In this document: in pieces, positions 50,440 to 60,676 of the stretch
How positions within the stretch are numbered: position 1 is the stretch's first letter
How the letters are laid out: each line of letters starts with the position of its first letter
Source: Deltaproteobacteria bacterium
GTDB taxonomy: Bacteria; Desulfobacterota_D; UBA1144; Nemesobacterales; CSP1-2
Length of the DNA stretch: 64,000 nucleotides
NCBI GenBank assembly: GCA_016187835.1
Contig: JACPIY010000050.1
Coordinates: forward strand, 1,369-65,368
Reading direction: 5' to 3'
Made by a program: the position numbers and the translations under genes
The notes under the pieces: generated by a model
Database searches by the model: none
Told to the model about the DNA's origin: nothing
The model's input: the letters and a program-made list of their open reading frames with translations, nothing else

Positions 50440-51834
50440 CTACTCCTTAAATAGCCTTTGAATTACGTTTTCCATCTTCATTCCACGAGAACCTTTTACA
50501 AGCACGAGGTCTCCTGGCTTGGCGATTCTAATTAAAATATCTGCCGCTTCATCATGGGTTTCCGCAAAGGCGGTTTCTATTTTTGTCCCAGTCCCCTGCA
50601 GAACATGGCTTCCATATTTCCCACATGCTATAACAAAATCTATTTTGTTTTCCGAGACAAACTCGCCAAGACTTTCATGTTCACTTTCACTCACATTTCC
50701 AAGCTCAAGCATATCTCCAAGCACAGCTATTCCTCTTCCATTCCCCTTGAGTCTTGCAAGCTCTTCTATCGCTCTTCTCATAGAATCTGGATTGGCGTTA
50801 TACGTATCGTTTATCACTTTAAACCCAAAAGGAGTGTCCATGACCTCAAGCCTCATGTATGCCGGTATAAATCTTTCAAGACCCGCCTGGATCTCATCGG
50901 GATTGCACCCAAAAGACAAGGCAACTCCTCCCGCACACAGTGCGTTCATCACGTTATGAAGCCCTATTCCTCTAACCCTTACAGGGAATTCCTTTTCTCC
51001 AATAATCATATTGAATTTGATTGCTGAAAAATCAACCGAGCTAATGTCCCTTGCAGAAATATCCACTCCGGGAGTACTTATACCAAAGGTGATTTTTTTA
51101 CACCTTATACGATTCCCGATTTCCGCGGTTCGTGGATCATCCATATTGACCACAAACGTATTGTCCTGGGTAAATCCATCTACCAGCTCCGCCTTTGCTT
51201 TTGCCACTCCGTCAATACTGCCCAGTTTTTGAAGATGAGCTCTTCCGATATTTGTAATTGCTCCCGTATCGGGACGCGCAATTTCAGCAAGTCTTTTTAT
51301 TTCCCCAAAATCATTCATTCCAAGCTCCACTACGACCGCACCATGATTTTCCGCAATCCTCAAAAGCGTAAGAGGAAGACCAATCAGATTATTCAAGTTT
51401 CCTGAGTTCTTCAGCACGGAAAACCTCAGGGAGAGAATACTCGATGCCATTTCCTTTGTCGTTGTTTTTCCATTTGAACCTGTGATTGCAGCAAGCTTTA
51501 AGTTTGGAAAACTCTTTCTCCATGCAGAGGCGAGGTCTCCAAAGGCCTTAACCGCGGATGGAACCTTAATAAGTAATTTCCCGTTTATTCTGATAGAGCT
51601 AACCTTCTCCACAACGGCACCCTTAGCGCCTTTATCGAATGCTTCGGAAACGAAATCATGCCCATCAAAATTATCTCCAGAAAGAGCAAAGAAGAGCTCG
51701 TCTTTTCTTATTCTTCGAGAATCAGTGGAAACCCCAGAGAAAACTACATCTTCCAACCTAGGATTGGACGAAAGAATTTGCTTCTCCACCAGCTTACCGT
51801 TTATTGAATTTAAAACCAAACTTAGTTTAAGCAT
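50440..51834 (-). CDS. murF: UDP-MurNAc-tripeptide-D-Ala-D-Ala ligase
   Basis: STDSR, TGSNGKTTTKE, NNLIGLP, ELGM, DTYNANP, VKGSRG. Confidence 0.97.
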   Translation of the reverse strand: MLKLSLVLNSINGKLVEKQILSSNPRLEDVVFSGVSTDSRRIRKDELFFALSGDNFDGHDFVSEAFDKGAKGAVVEKVSSIRINGKLLIKVPSAVKAFGDLASAWRKSFPNLKLAAITGSNGKTTTKEMASSILSLRFSVLKNSGNLNNLIGLPLTLLRIAENHGAVVVELGMNDFGEIKRLAEIARPDTGAITNIGRAHLQKLGSIDGVAKAKAELVDGFTQDNTFVVNMDDPRTAEIGNRIRCKKITFGISTPGVDISARDISSVDFSAIKFNMIIGEKEFPVRVRGIGLHNVMNALCAGGVALSFGCNPDEIQAGLERFIPAYMRLEVMDTPFGFKVINDTYNANPDSMRRAIEELARLKGNGRGIAVLGDMLELGNVSESEHESLGEFVSENKIDFVIACGKYGSHVLQGTGTKIETAFAETHDEAADILIRIAKPGDLVLVKGSRGMKMENVIQRLFKE

Positions 51835-53332
51835 TCTTTCTAGACCTCTCTCTTTCCTCTATGGCAATTTTTGCCTCTTCCTTGTCGTCAAACGGTAATT
51901 TCTTCGTTCCTATAATCTGATAGTTTTCATGTCCTTTGCCGGCAATAATTACCGTATCACCTTCCATTCCAATTTCAATTGCTCTTCTTATCGCATCACG
52001 CCTATCCGAGATTCTAAAATACGGTTTTTCATCACAGCCTGCCTCAGAAACCCCTTTTTCTACCTGATCTATTATCCGCTCAGGGGATTCAGTGCGAGGG
52101 TTGTCGGAGGTAACGATAAGAACATCCGAAATTTCCCTGCCAATTTTTCCCATAATCGGCCTTTTAACAGGGTCTCTATCCCCTCCGCAGCCAAAGACAA
52201 GAATAAGATTGCCAGACGTAAAAGGTTTTACTGCATTGAGGACATTGTATAGAGCATCCGGAGTGTGCGCGTAATCTACAAGAACTGTGATTCCGAGGGG
52301 ATTTTCAACCCTATCCAGCCTTCCGGGAACTGATGTGAGTTTCGATATACCAGTCTCAACAGCGCTTTTGGAAACGCCAAGTGAGAGTGCTGTTGCGGTA
52401 GCGGCAAGAATATTCGAGAGATTATGCTTTCCATAGAATTTTGAATTCAGTTCAATTTTTCCCCAGGGAGTTTTTAGAATTGCCCATATTCCCTGAGGGG
52501 TAATTTGGCTTTTTTCGACGTAAACCGTTGCTTCTCTGCTCGTGGAGGAATAGGATACGATTTCTCCGGCTGCGTCTTTTGCTATTTCTCTTCCGTAAGG
52601 GTCATCAAAGTTGATTACTGAGAATTTTTTCTTCTTTTCGCTTGCTTTGAGAATCTCAGTAAATAGCTTTTTCTTTGCGTTAAAGTAATTCTCTATAGTT
52701 ACGTGATAGTCGAGATGATCCTGAGTGAGATTCGTAAAAACTGCTGCATCAAAATGACAACCCAGAACCCTCTTTCTATCAAGAGCATGAGAGGACACCT
52801 CCATCACAACATATTCGGTTCCCGAGTTTCGCATATCAAAAAATAATTTCATCAAGTCCAACGACTCGGGGGTTGTCATTGAGGACGGAAGCTTTTTCCC
52901 CGAAATTCTGTATTCAACAGTTCCTATCATGCCTACGTTTTTTTTCTCTTCCTGCCATATTGATTCGAGAAGATAAGTGATCGTCGTCTTTCCGTTCGTT
53001 CCGGTAACTCCGACAAGAGTAAGCTCCTTTGTCGGATGTCCGAAGAAATTAGCTGAAACATGGGCAAGAGAAGACCTGGTATCCTCGACTTGTATAATCG
53101 AAATATCCTCCAATCGCTTACCTGGAACCCTTTCAACAAGTAGCGCTCTTGCACCATTCTCTATGGCTGATTTGATATACCTATGTCCATCCGTTTTTTC
53201 CCCTTCTATTGCTGCAAAAAGAAACCCGTCACGAACTTCCTTTGAATTATAGGAGATTCCGAGAATTTCTATGTCATTAGTGGCCTGGGTTTGTTTGGCT
53301 TCTATACCTCTTATCAAATCTTTTAAAATCAT
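51827..53332 (-). CDS. murE: UDP-MurNAc-dipeptide-DAP ligase
   Basis: TGTNGKTT, EVSSHAL, DYAHTPD, SDNPR (DAP-type motif), AGKGHE. Confidence 0.97.
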   Translation of the reverse strand: MILKDLIRGIEAKQTQATNDIEILGISYNSKEVRDGFLFAAIEGEKTDGHRYIKSAIENGARALLVERVPGKRLEDISIIQVEDTRSSLAHVSANFFGHPTKELTLVGVTGTNGKTTITYLLESIWQEEKKNVGMIGTVEYRISGKKLPSSMTTPESLDLMKLFFDMRNSGTEYVVMEVSSHALDRKRVLGCHFDAAVFTNLTQDHLDYHVTIENYFNAKKKLFTEILKASEKKKKFSVINFDDPYGREIAKDAAGEIVSYSSTSREATVYVEKSQITPQGIWAILKTPWGKIELNSKFYGKHNLSNILAATATALSLGVSKSAVETGISKLTSVPGRLDRVENPLGITVLVDYAHTPDALYNVLNAVKPFTSGNLILVFGCGGDRDPVKRPIMGKIGREISDVLIVTSDNPRTESPERIIDQVEKGVSEAGCDEKPYFRISDRRDAIRRAIEIGMEGDTVIIAGKGHENYQIIGTKKLPFDDKEEAKIAIEERERSRKNA

Positions 53333-55245
53333 ATTGTCTGCTTAAGTTCTATGGAGCAAACCACACCCTCTTTTATTCTCTCTCCTGCTCTTGGTTGTTG
53401 ATCAGTAGCGTAACCGCTTCCTTTTAGCTTGACTTTTATTCCCTCTTCCTCCGCCCATCTAAGTATATCTCTTGCACTCATCCCCCGAAGATCGGGCATT
53501 ATCTTCGCTCTAGTAATTGTCTCATCGGGGGAAACTCCAAGGTAGAAAAGTACCTTTTCTGTAATTTCTTTAAATACGGGTGCGGTTACAACTCCTCCAT
53601 AAAAAGCCTTTCTTGGATTTTCTATAACCACTACAAGTGCAATTTTAGGATCATCAGCAGGAGCGAACCCGATAAATGAAGCTATATGGCGGTTGGAATA
53701 ATAACCTCCAGTTTCAGGATTGGGAACTTGAGCGGTTCCAGTCTTTCCCGCAACTCTATATCCGGCTATTGAAGCTTGTTTACCCGTCCCGTTCTCAACA
53801 ACGCCTTCTAAAATTTTTTTTATCTCTTCGGCAGTATCATAAGAAACTACCCTGCTTATAACTTCCGGTTCTCTTTTCCGTACAACTTTTCCGTCAGGGC
53901 TAATTATTTCTCTAACCGCATAGGGTTTCATAAGATATCCGCCATTTGCTATGACAGACAGAGCCGATGCAAGTTGAATAGCAGTAACTGATATTCCCTG
54001 TCCGAAAGAGAGTGTTGCAAGTTCGACTGGTCCCCAATCCTTGGAGTTCGCCAGTCTTCCGCTTGATTCTCCCGGAAGATCTATTTCTGTTTTAGTTCCA
54101 AATCTGAACCTCTTGAGATAATCGTAGTATTTATCCTTGCCCAAAATCTCTGCTATCTTTGTAGCACAAATATTGCTTGATAGTTCTACTATCTGAGTCA
54201 CGCTAAGTATACCGTAGGGATGAACGTCATTTATAATCGAGGGTCCTATTTTTCTTCTTCCGTTTTCACAATCAAACTTGGATGTTGATTTTACCTTTTT
54301 TTCCTCCAATGCAGCGGCGGCTAGGAAAATCTTTATCGTCGAGCCGGGTTCAAATGAATACCACACAGGAAGGTTTCTTCTCCCTTTTTCACTATGCTTA
54401 TTAACATTATTTGGGTCAAAAAACGGATAAGAAGCCATAGCAAGCACTTCGCCTGTTTCCGGATTCGTAAGTACCGCCATTCCTCTTTCCGCAGACGTTT
54501 TTTCTATGCCCTTCTTTAGTTCCTTTTCGACAATGTATTGAATCTGAGAATCAATAGTAAGAACGACGTCATAGCCCGATACACTTGCTTCAATATCAAT
54601 GGGATTATTCATAATTGCCCTTCCGCGTGCGTCTTTTTTCACAATGATTTTTCCGGGGCTTCCAGCAAGCAAGCTGTCGAGATCATACTCGATTCCTTCT
54701 ATTCCTTTTGAATCAATATCTGTAAATCCCAGGACTTGCCCGGCGAGATGTCCGTTTGGATATACCCGCTTGGGCTCTTCTATGAAACCTATTTCTTCAA
54801 GATTTGCGTTTTTTAGCTTAGCAACCACTTCGGGTTCAGCAATCCTTTCAATCCAAACGAACGGTTTCTTGGAAAGCAGCATCCCCAGAATCTCTTTCTG
54901 AGAATGCGGAAGGTATTTAGACAGATTTTTGGAAAGTCGGTTAGGATCTTTCACATTCCCGGGATGAACAAAGAGCGAACTGACATCAACGTTTATGGCT
55001 AGCTCTTTCTTGTTTATATCAAAGATTTTCCCGCGGCGGGGTAGAAGAGTAAAAAGCCCATGGTGCTGTTTTTTTGCGACGTCAAATACTCGATCTCTAT
55101 TCAATACCTGTAGCTTAAAGGCTCTAACAGACACTGCCCCAAAGAGAACAAGAATGATTGCACCAATTAAACAGACCTTCCACCTTGGTTTACTTAAATC
55201 CTTTGCAAGGGAAATTCTCTTCTTTGAGTTTCTCTTTATTCTCAT
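53329..55245 (-). CDS. ftsI: Class B penicillin-binding protein FtsI with C-terminal PASTA
   Basis: EPGSTIK (SxxK), SSN, GKTGTAQ. Confidence 0.95.
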   Translation of the reverse strand: MRIKRNSKKRISLAKDLSKPRWKVCLIGAIILVLFGAVSVRAFKLQVLNRDRVFDVAKKQHHGLFTLLPRRGKIFDINKKELAINVDVSSLFVHPGNVKDPNRLSKNLSKYLPHSQKEILGMLLSKKPFVWIERIAEPEVVAKLKNANLEEIGFIEEPKRVYPNGHLAGQVLGFTDIDSKGIEGIEYDLDSLLAGSPGKIIVKKDARGRAIMNNPIDIEASVSGYDVVLTIDSQIQYIVEKELKKGIEKTSAERGMAVLTNPETGEVLAMASYPFFDPNNVNKHSEKGRRNLPVWYSFEPGSTIKIFLAAAALEEKKVKSTSKFDCENGRRKIGPSIINDVHPYGILSVTQIVELSSNICATKIAEILGKDKYYDYLKRFRFGTKTEIDLPGESSGRLANSKDWGPVELATLSFGQGISVTAIQLASALSVIANGGYLMKPYAVREIISPDGKVVRKREPEVISRVVSYDTAEEIKKILEGVVENGTGKQASIAGYRVAGKTGTAQVPNPETGGYYSNRHIASFIGFAPADDPKIALVVVIENPRKAFYGGVVTAPVFKEITEKVLFYLGVSPDETITRAKIMPDLRGMSARDILRWAEEEGIKVKLKGSGYATDQQPRAGERIKEGVVCSIELKQTI

Positions 55246-55580
55246 TTCCTCTCCCCAATTACGGTGTTCTCTTCAATGTATATAAGGTCTTCTTGAGTGG
55301 GGAATCTAAAACCCAGTCCCTCTGCAATACCTTCAACTCTTTCCGGGGACTTTAATTTCATAAATTCGGCTCTAAGAATAAGATTTTGCTTTAAAGTCTC
55401 TTCTTCTTTGTTCTTATTAGCGGAAATCTCATAACCGATTTTTACTGCTTCAACCTTGATGGTTATATAGACAAGAGCAAAACAGACTGCAAAAAGGGAA
55501 AGCATCAAAAACCTTGTCGAGAAAATAGCTTTCTCTACATCTGATTCTCCTCTTACTCTAACAGTTCTTGCTATAGCCAT
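55242..55580 (-). CDS. ftsL: Cell division protein FtsL
   Basis: Short TM plus coiled coil, LKSPERVE..A; lies between rsmH and ftsI. Confidence 0.8.
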   Translation of the reverse strand: MAIARTVRVRGESDVEKAIFSTRFLMLSLFAVCFALVYITIKVEAVKIGYEISANKNKEEETLKQNLILRAEFMKLKSPERVEGIAEGLGFRFPTQEDLIYIEENTVIGERK

Positions 55581-55583
55581 GGT

Positions 55584-56543
55584 TTATATTTTTTCTCCTG
55601 CTCTTAGTTTTGCACTTCTTGCTCTCGGGTTGTTCAGTATTTCTCCTACTCCTGGTATGCGAGGAGAAGGAGTGAGTATTTTAAGGGTACTCTTTCTTCC
55701 GCATCCGCACCCGGGCAATGCGGGAGGACAAACACAGGGCGATGATAATCTTTTAAATGTGTTTTTTACCAACCTGTCTTCGAGAGAATGAAAAGAAATT
55801 ACTACAATTCTTCCTCCAATCTTTAGAAATCGAACCGCATCTTCTAGAAAGCGTTCCAGGTTTTCCAGCTCATTGTTTACTGCTATGCGAAGCGCCTGAA
55901 ACGTCCTTGTAGCAGGATGAATGTTTTTAGGGTGAAACTGCCTGGGTATTGCATTTAAGACAATATCGGCAAGTTGAATCGAGCTCTTTATAGGGGTTTC
56001 GCGACGGTAGTTCAGTATTTCTCGCGCGATCCTCTTTGCCCATTTTTCTTCCCCATATATTTTTAATATCTTGGAAATCTCTTCTTCGTCCATTTCATTC
56101 ACAAGATCGTAAGCAGTAAACCTGAGTCTTGAATCCATTCTCATATCAAGCGGTTCATCTCTCAAAAAACTAAACCCCCTTCCGCTCTTTTCTAAGTGAA
56201 AAGATGACATGCCTAAATCTGCAACTACTCCATCCACTTCATATATGCCAAGGGATTCAAGCACGTTTTGAATATCTGAAAAGTTCTTATTCACAAACAC
56301 AACGCGTCCGGCAAAACTTGAAAGACGCTTTTTTGAAAAAGAGAGAGATTCATCATCAACATCAAATCCTATGACCCTAGTCTGATAACCAGAGATTTTA
56401 AAGATAGCCTCGGTGTGTCCCCCAAGCCCAAGGGTCGCATCCACGTATATTCCGTCGGGACGGGGACACAAAAATTCCATTGCCTCTTTTACCATCACCG
56501 ATTTATGAACCGGGTTTTCTATCTCCAACAACGCCTTTTCCAT
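55584..56543 (-). CDS. rsmH: 16S rRNA m4C1402 methyltransferase
   Basis: DATLGLGGH, DLGMSS, PLDMRMD, FQALRIAVN, NPRARSAKLR. Confidence 0.98.
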   Translation of the reverse strand: MEKALLEIENPVHKSVMVKEAMEFLCPRPDGIYVDATLGLGGHTEAIFKISGYQTRVIGFDVDDESLSFSKKRLSSFAGRVVFVNKNFSDIQNVLESLGIYEVDGVVADLGMSSFHLEKSGRGFSFLRDEPLDMRMDSRLRFTAYDLVNEMDEEEISKILKIYGEEKWAKRIAREILNYRRETPIKSSIQLADIVLNAIPRQFHPKNIHPATRTFQALRIAVNNELENLERFLEDAVRFLKIGGRIVVISFHSLEDRLVKNTFKRLSSPCVCPPALPGCGCGRKSTLKILTPSPRIPGVGEILNNPRARSAKLRAGEKI

Positions 56544-56546
56544 TCT

Positions 56547-56993
56547 TTATAATCCTTGTCCTGCGAGAATTTCTCTGCTTCTCTTAAACTCTTCATAAGC
56601 TTTCTTCGACTCTTCTTCTTCCCACAACTCCTTTGACCAGATTTCAAACCTTGTAAGCATTCCAATCATTACTACCTCCCGCTTAACCTGCGCATGGTTT
56701 CTAAGAGGGTGTGGAACGAGGATTCTCCCCTGCCCGTCAATCGGACAATCAACAGCGGCACCCATGAGGTACCTGAGAAAAGAAATCACCTCTTGTTTAA
56801 ACTGAGGAAGATCAGCGGCTTTTTTTTCAATTTCTTCCCATTCCTTAACCGGATAAGCAGCAAGGCATTTATCAAAGTTTGTTATTATAAGAGTTTCTTC
56901 TCCATATTTGTCTCTTAGCACCTCTCTAAATCGTGATGGCACGCTTATTCGTCCTTTATCTGTCATTGTATGCTCATATCTGCCACGAAACAT
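56547..56993 (-). CDS. mraZ: Division/cell wall transcriptional repressor MraZ
   Basis: Two DxxGR repeats (DKGRISVP, DGQGRILVP). Confidence 0.97.
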   Translation of the reverse strand: MFRGRYEHTMTDKGRISVPSRFREVLRDKYGEETLIITNFDKCLAAYPVKEWEEIEKKAADLPQFKQEVISFLRYLMGAAVDCPIDGQGRILVPHPLRNHAQVKREVVMIGMLTRFEIWSKELWEEEESKKAYEEFKRSREILAGQGL

Positions 56994-56999
56994 GCTTTG

Positions 57000-57056
57000 C
57001 CCTTATATGCCTAAATATACACCTATATGCCACTTTATGCCACTTTAGACCACTAT
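57000..57056 (-). promoter_or_regulatory. 10-bp-periodic GTGG repeats (MraZ operator-like)
   Basis: Minus strand tagtggtcta aagtggcata aagtggcata taggtgtata tttaggcata. Confidence 0.7.
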
Positions 57057-57080
57057 ATAAAAACGTATGAACTTTGTCAA
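57052..57080 (-). promoter_or_regulatory. sigma70 promoter of the dcw cluster
   Basis: TTGACA-17 nt-TATAGT on the minus strand. Confidence 0.75.
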
Positions 57081-57340
57081 GTAAGTTTTTGAAATTTTTA
57101 ATTTTTTTTTGGCTAGCGACGGGATTGGTGGGGTTCTCCCCATTTTTTTACAATTTGAGCTGTTTTATGATTATCAATGTCATTTCATATATTATCACAG
57201 ATACATAAGACACGTCTTTGATAAAATACTTTAAGTATTACATAAAACACACCAAAAAACGCCCATATTAAAATGAAAAAACACCGTCGCTAAGTATTGA
57301 GAATTGCCAAGTTAAAAAAATCTGTTTATTAGGTCAAAAA

Positions 57341-57370
57341 TTGACAAAGCCAGATTAAATTTTTTATTAT
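57341..57370 (+). promoter_or_regulatory. sigma70 promoter with a very short leader
   Basis: TTGACA-18 nt-TATTAT; the ATG is 13 nt downstream and no RBS is visible. Confidence 0.45.
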
Positions 57371-57383
57371 CTAATCGGAACAA

Positions 57384-57608
57384 ATGGCAACTATATTCAT
57401 TAAAATTCACGATAAGAGTGAAACAGTGTATGTTCAATCAATCATTGGCACCTACTGCCACCTTGCATGGGTAAGGACTGAAAATGTAGAAGATGGAATA
57501 ATTAAGATTATCTCCACAGATGACATGGTTAGTGAAGTAAGAGAGTTACTCAAGAAGCTTAGAGAAGAAATCGAGTTTGAAGAGCTGGAATCGGGTTTTA
57601 GGTATTAG
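57384..57608 (+). CDS. DUF4911-like small protein
   Basis: YVQSII..Y.HLAWVRT...GII.I...DMV.EV..LL..L.EEI pattern. Confidence 0.6.
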   Translation: MATIFIKIHDKSETVYVQSIIGTYCHLAWVRTENVEDGIIKIISTDDMVSEVRELLKKLREEIEFEELESGFRY

Positions 57609-57665
57609 GTGTTGGGTGTTTGGTTTTGAAGGTTAACTAACACCTGTCACCTAAAACCTGAAACC
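57594..57665. repeat. 7-bp-unit hairpin overlapping the stop codon of 57384..57608
   Basis: ggtttta ggtatta ggtgttg ggtgttt ggttttg / taacacc tgtcacc taaaacc tgaaacc. Confidence 0.85.
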
Positions 57666-57697
57666 CAATCCGGTTGTTTTAATCTGTGGCTGATTCG

Positions 57698-58624
57698 CTA
57701 CACTTTATTTTGTTCTTCAGCAGCAATCTGGAAAAACCCTCTGAGACTCGTTTTAACTCCTCTCCTCAATCCGCCCAGCTTCCCAGAGATACGAAGAAAC
57801 TTCTTTAAGTCGCTATCACGTCTTGAAATCAAATCAAACATCTCCTCCTCTCTCTCAATTCCTCTAGCTATGATTTCCTTAGCGCATTCATACCAGATCA
57901 CAAGCTGATCGCAATGTTTTTTTAGTTTCTCTTTTGCATGATCGGCAATATTAAAATGTGTGTACGCGACCAGATTCGGTTTTAGTGAAATTAGAGTCTC
58001 AATTGATTTAAGTGCAGGAGCCAATTTAAAAGGAGGCGGCGTTGCCGGAAGCACGACTTCACGGCTTGGAATATAAATCCCTGCAGCGTCCCCCGTGAAA
58101 ACGATATTTGCAGGGTAGAGAAAAATGCAAACGTGATGACTCGCATGTCCGGGTGTCGGAATAATTTCAAAATTGAGCTTTCCAAGAGCAAGGCTCATCC
58201 CTTCTTCAACGGGGATTATTCTTTCTTTGGGAACCGGCTCTGGCTTTCCGTAGATTTTTGCAACAAAACCCAGAACCTCATTTGCTGCCTTCCAGAGCAT
58301 CTTCTCCGGGTCTATAAGGTGCTGAATCCCTCTTTTGTGAGCCACGACATAAGCGTTTGGAAAGTGCCCGATAAGATTTCCTGATGCGCCTCCGTGATCG
58401 AGATGAACGTCTGTGAGCAAAAGGTACTTCACACTTTCGGGACTAAATCCAATTTCACTTAAAGCATCGAGCAAATTTTCAGCAGTGCTCGCAGGCCCTA
58501 CTTCTACTAAGGCTACGGCCTTCCCCGAAGCGACAATATAGGCTCCTGTGTACTCTTCTTCACCACCTACTTTTAAATCCACAAACCAAACGTCCGGTCT
58601 TTCTTCATTCACGGAATATTTCAT
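57698..58624 (-). CDS. MBL-fold metallo-hydrolase
   Basis: TDVHLDHGGA, TPGHASHH, FTGDAAG, YTHF. Confidence 0.88.
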   Translation of the reverse strand: MKYSVNEERPDVWFVDLKVGGEEEYTGAYIVASGKAVALVEVGPASTAENLLDALSEIGFSPESVKYLLLTDVHLDHGGASGNLIGHFPNAYVVAHKRGIQHLIDPEKMLWKAANEVLGFVAKIYGKPEPVPKERIIPVEEGMSLALGKLNFEIIPTPGHASHHVCIFLYPANIVFTGDAAGIYIPSREVVLPATPPPFKLAPALKSIETLISLKPNLVAYTHFNIADHAKEKLKKHCDQLVIWYECAKEIIARGIEREEEMFDLISRRDSDLKKFLRISGKLGGLRRGVKTSLRGFFQIAAEEQNKV

Positions 58625-58777
58625 GTATCGCCCTTTATCCTTTTGCTCTGCTTAGAAACAATAGATTAACGTGAGTTCGATATAAGTTAAAGACAGCTCA
58701 AAACCCACATTAAAAGAGCCGAATTGCCTAGCGGTCTGAAAATCTCCATTTTAACGGGTCACTTCCCGGATTTTAGT

Positions 58778-58830
58778 GTCAGACAGGAATGTCTGACCCA
58801 CCAGATTTGGAACAGACATTCTTGTCTGTT
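58778..58830. repeat. Paired CAGACA-N4-TGTCTG palindromes
   Basis: gtcagacaggaatgtctgac and aacagacattcttgtctgtt. Confidence 0.7.
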
Positions 58831-59032
58831 ATTTCCAAGGCATGACCACTATGGCATAGCAGTCTTCAGGCTTCCACATAAATTCGTCCGCACCCCAAAC
58901 CCTCCTCGAGGGGGAAATGGGAGGGGTGAAAATAGATACCTGAATATTTCCGGCACATCATAACAATTTACCAAGCTCACACAAAACCAAAATCTTGATT
59001 GGTTTTGAGCTTGATATAAACTACACGCCGCA

Positions 59033-60601
59033 ATGGACAACAAAAAAGAAATCACCCGCTCCGTAGGTGTTGTAGGTGTTGTAACGCTAATTAGCCGAAT
59101 AACAGGCTATGTAAGGGATATGGTAATAGCGTATTTCTTTGGAGCAAAAGCTGAAACCGACGCATTCTATGTTGCGTTTAGAGTTCCCAATCTTCTTCGC
59201 AGACTTCTTGCCGAAGGCTCTCTTACAGTATCTTTTATTCCCGTATTTACCGAATACCTGGAGAAAAATGGTAAAGAAGAAGCAAAAAGGGTTTCTGATG
59301 TTACGTTCACGCTTCTTTTTATGGTTTTAATTCTGGTTTCAATTCTAGGAGTCCTGCTATCCCCTTTTATAATCAAGCTTTTTGCCTCAGGTTTTAAGGG
59401 TGAGATTTTTAATCTCGCGGTAGATCTTAACCGAATAATGTTTCCCTATATCTTTTTTGCATCCCTCGCCGCACTTTCGATGGGAATTCTAAACTCTCTA
59501 AAGCGTTTTTTCGCCCCTGCTTTTGCTCAAGTAGCTTTTAATATTGGGAGCATTGCCGTAATTTTTCTCCTTCATCAAAGCCTTAACATTCCGATCTTTT
59601 CTCTTGCCATAGGAGTAATCATAGGAGGGTTTATTCAATTTGCTTTTCAAATGCCTTTCTTGAAGAGTATAGGTTTTCTCCATAGCTTTAGTAAGAACCT
59701 GCGTCATCCTGCTGTAAAAAAAATAGCACTTCTTATGGCACCTCAGCTTTTTGGGGTGGCCGTTTATAATTTAAATATTCTCGTAAGCACACAGTATGGG
59801 TCCCATCTCCCGGAAGGTACTGTCTCATATCTATATTATTCAGAAAGACTTATGGAGTTTCCCCTGGGAATTGTTGCAGTGTCAATTGCTACGGTTCTCC
59901 TTCCCAATCTTTCTTCTCAAGCAGCAAAAGGAGATACTGAAAAGTTTAGAGAAAGTTATTCTTTTGCACTGAGACTTATGCTGTTTCTAATTGCTCCTGC
60001 ACTCACAGGTCTTATAGCGCTAAGAGTTCCAATATGCAACCTTCTCTATCAAAGAGGCGAGTTTACTTATGATGCGACTCTTAGCACTTCACAGGCACTT
60101 ATTGGATATACAATCGGACTCTGGGCAGTAGGCGGGGTGAGGATAACGGCGCCTACATTTTACGCTATGCAGGATACCAGGACCCCGGTTATATTTGCGT
60201 TTCTTGCCTTTATAGTAAACGCTGTTTTTGGATACATACTCGGATTCACATTTGAGCTCAAACACACCGGGCTTGCACTTGCAAGCTCGATTTCTTCGAT
60301 TTTTAACTTTTCTCTCCTCTTTTTCGCTCTCAATAAGCGTGTCGGAATGATAGACATGAAAAACACACTAATATATTGTCTCAAAATATCGGTTGCATCG
60401 CTAACTATGGGACTCACAGCGTGGAAGATTTCTACTCTCTTTGAGTGGACTCAAAGTGGAATTTCGATAGAGAAGATCGGAATATTTCTGGCTTCCGTGG
60501 TAGGAGCAGCTGCGGTTTATTTTGGCTTAGCAAAAGTTCTAAAAGTAGAAGAACTCGGTTTTCTCTTTAGTTTGATAAAAAGAAAATCCGGAAGGGCATG
60601 A
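59033..60601 (+). CDS. murJ: Lipid II flippase MurJ/MviN
   Basis: SRITGYVRD, AFRVPNLLRRLLAEG, RLMEFPLG, FYAMQDTRTP. Confidence 0.96.
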   Translation: MDNKKEITRSVGVVGVVTLISRITGYVRDMVIAYFFGAKAETDAFYVAFRVPNLLRRLLAEGSLTVSFIPVFTEYLEKNGKEEAKRVSDVTFTLLFMVLILVSILGVLLSPFIIKLFASGFKGEIFNLAVDLNRIMFPYIFFASLAALSMGILNSLKRFFAPAFAQVAFNIGSIAVIFLLHQSLNIPIFSLAIGVIIGGFIQFAFQMPFLKSIGFLHSFSKNLRHPAVKKIALLMAPQLFGVAVYNLNILVSTQYGSHLPEGTVSYLYYSERLMEFPLGIVAVSIATVLLPNLSSQAAKGDTEKFRESYSFALRLMLFLIAPALTGLIALRVPICNLLYQRGEFTYDATLSTSQALIGYTIGLWAVGGVRITAPTFYAMQDTRTPVIFAFLAFIVNAVFGYILGFTFELKHTGLALASSISSIFNFSLLFFALNKRVGMIDMKNTLIYCLKISVASLTMGLTAWKISTLFEWTQSGISIEKIGIFLASVVGAAAVYFGLAKVLKVEELGFLFSLIKRKSGRA

Positions 60602-60676
60602 AGGGAAATAAGCCAGAGTTCAACTGCTTTTCTTGACTCTTCTTTCTATTTTAAAGTAATATCAATTGAGCTGATC

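Noticed and set aside
51755-51775. Palindromic insertion in the murF N-terminus
   Set aside because: Only a 7-bp stem with no flanking direct repeat, and the region is naturally variable.
57000-57056. CRISPR-like periodic repeat
   Set aside because: The period is 10 bp with no spacers and no cas genes; it fits an MraZ operator.
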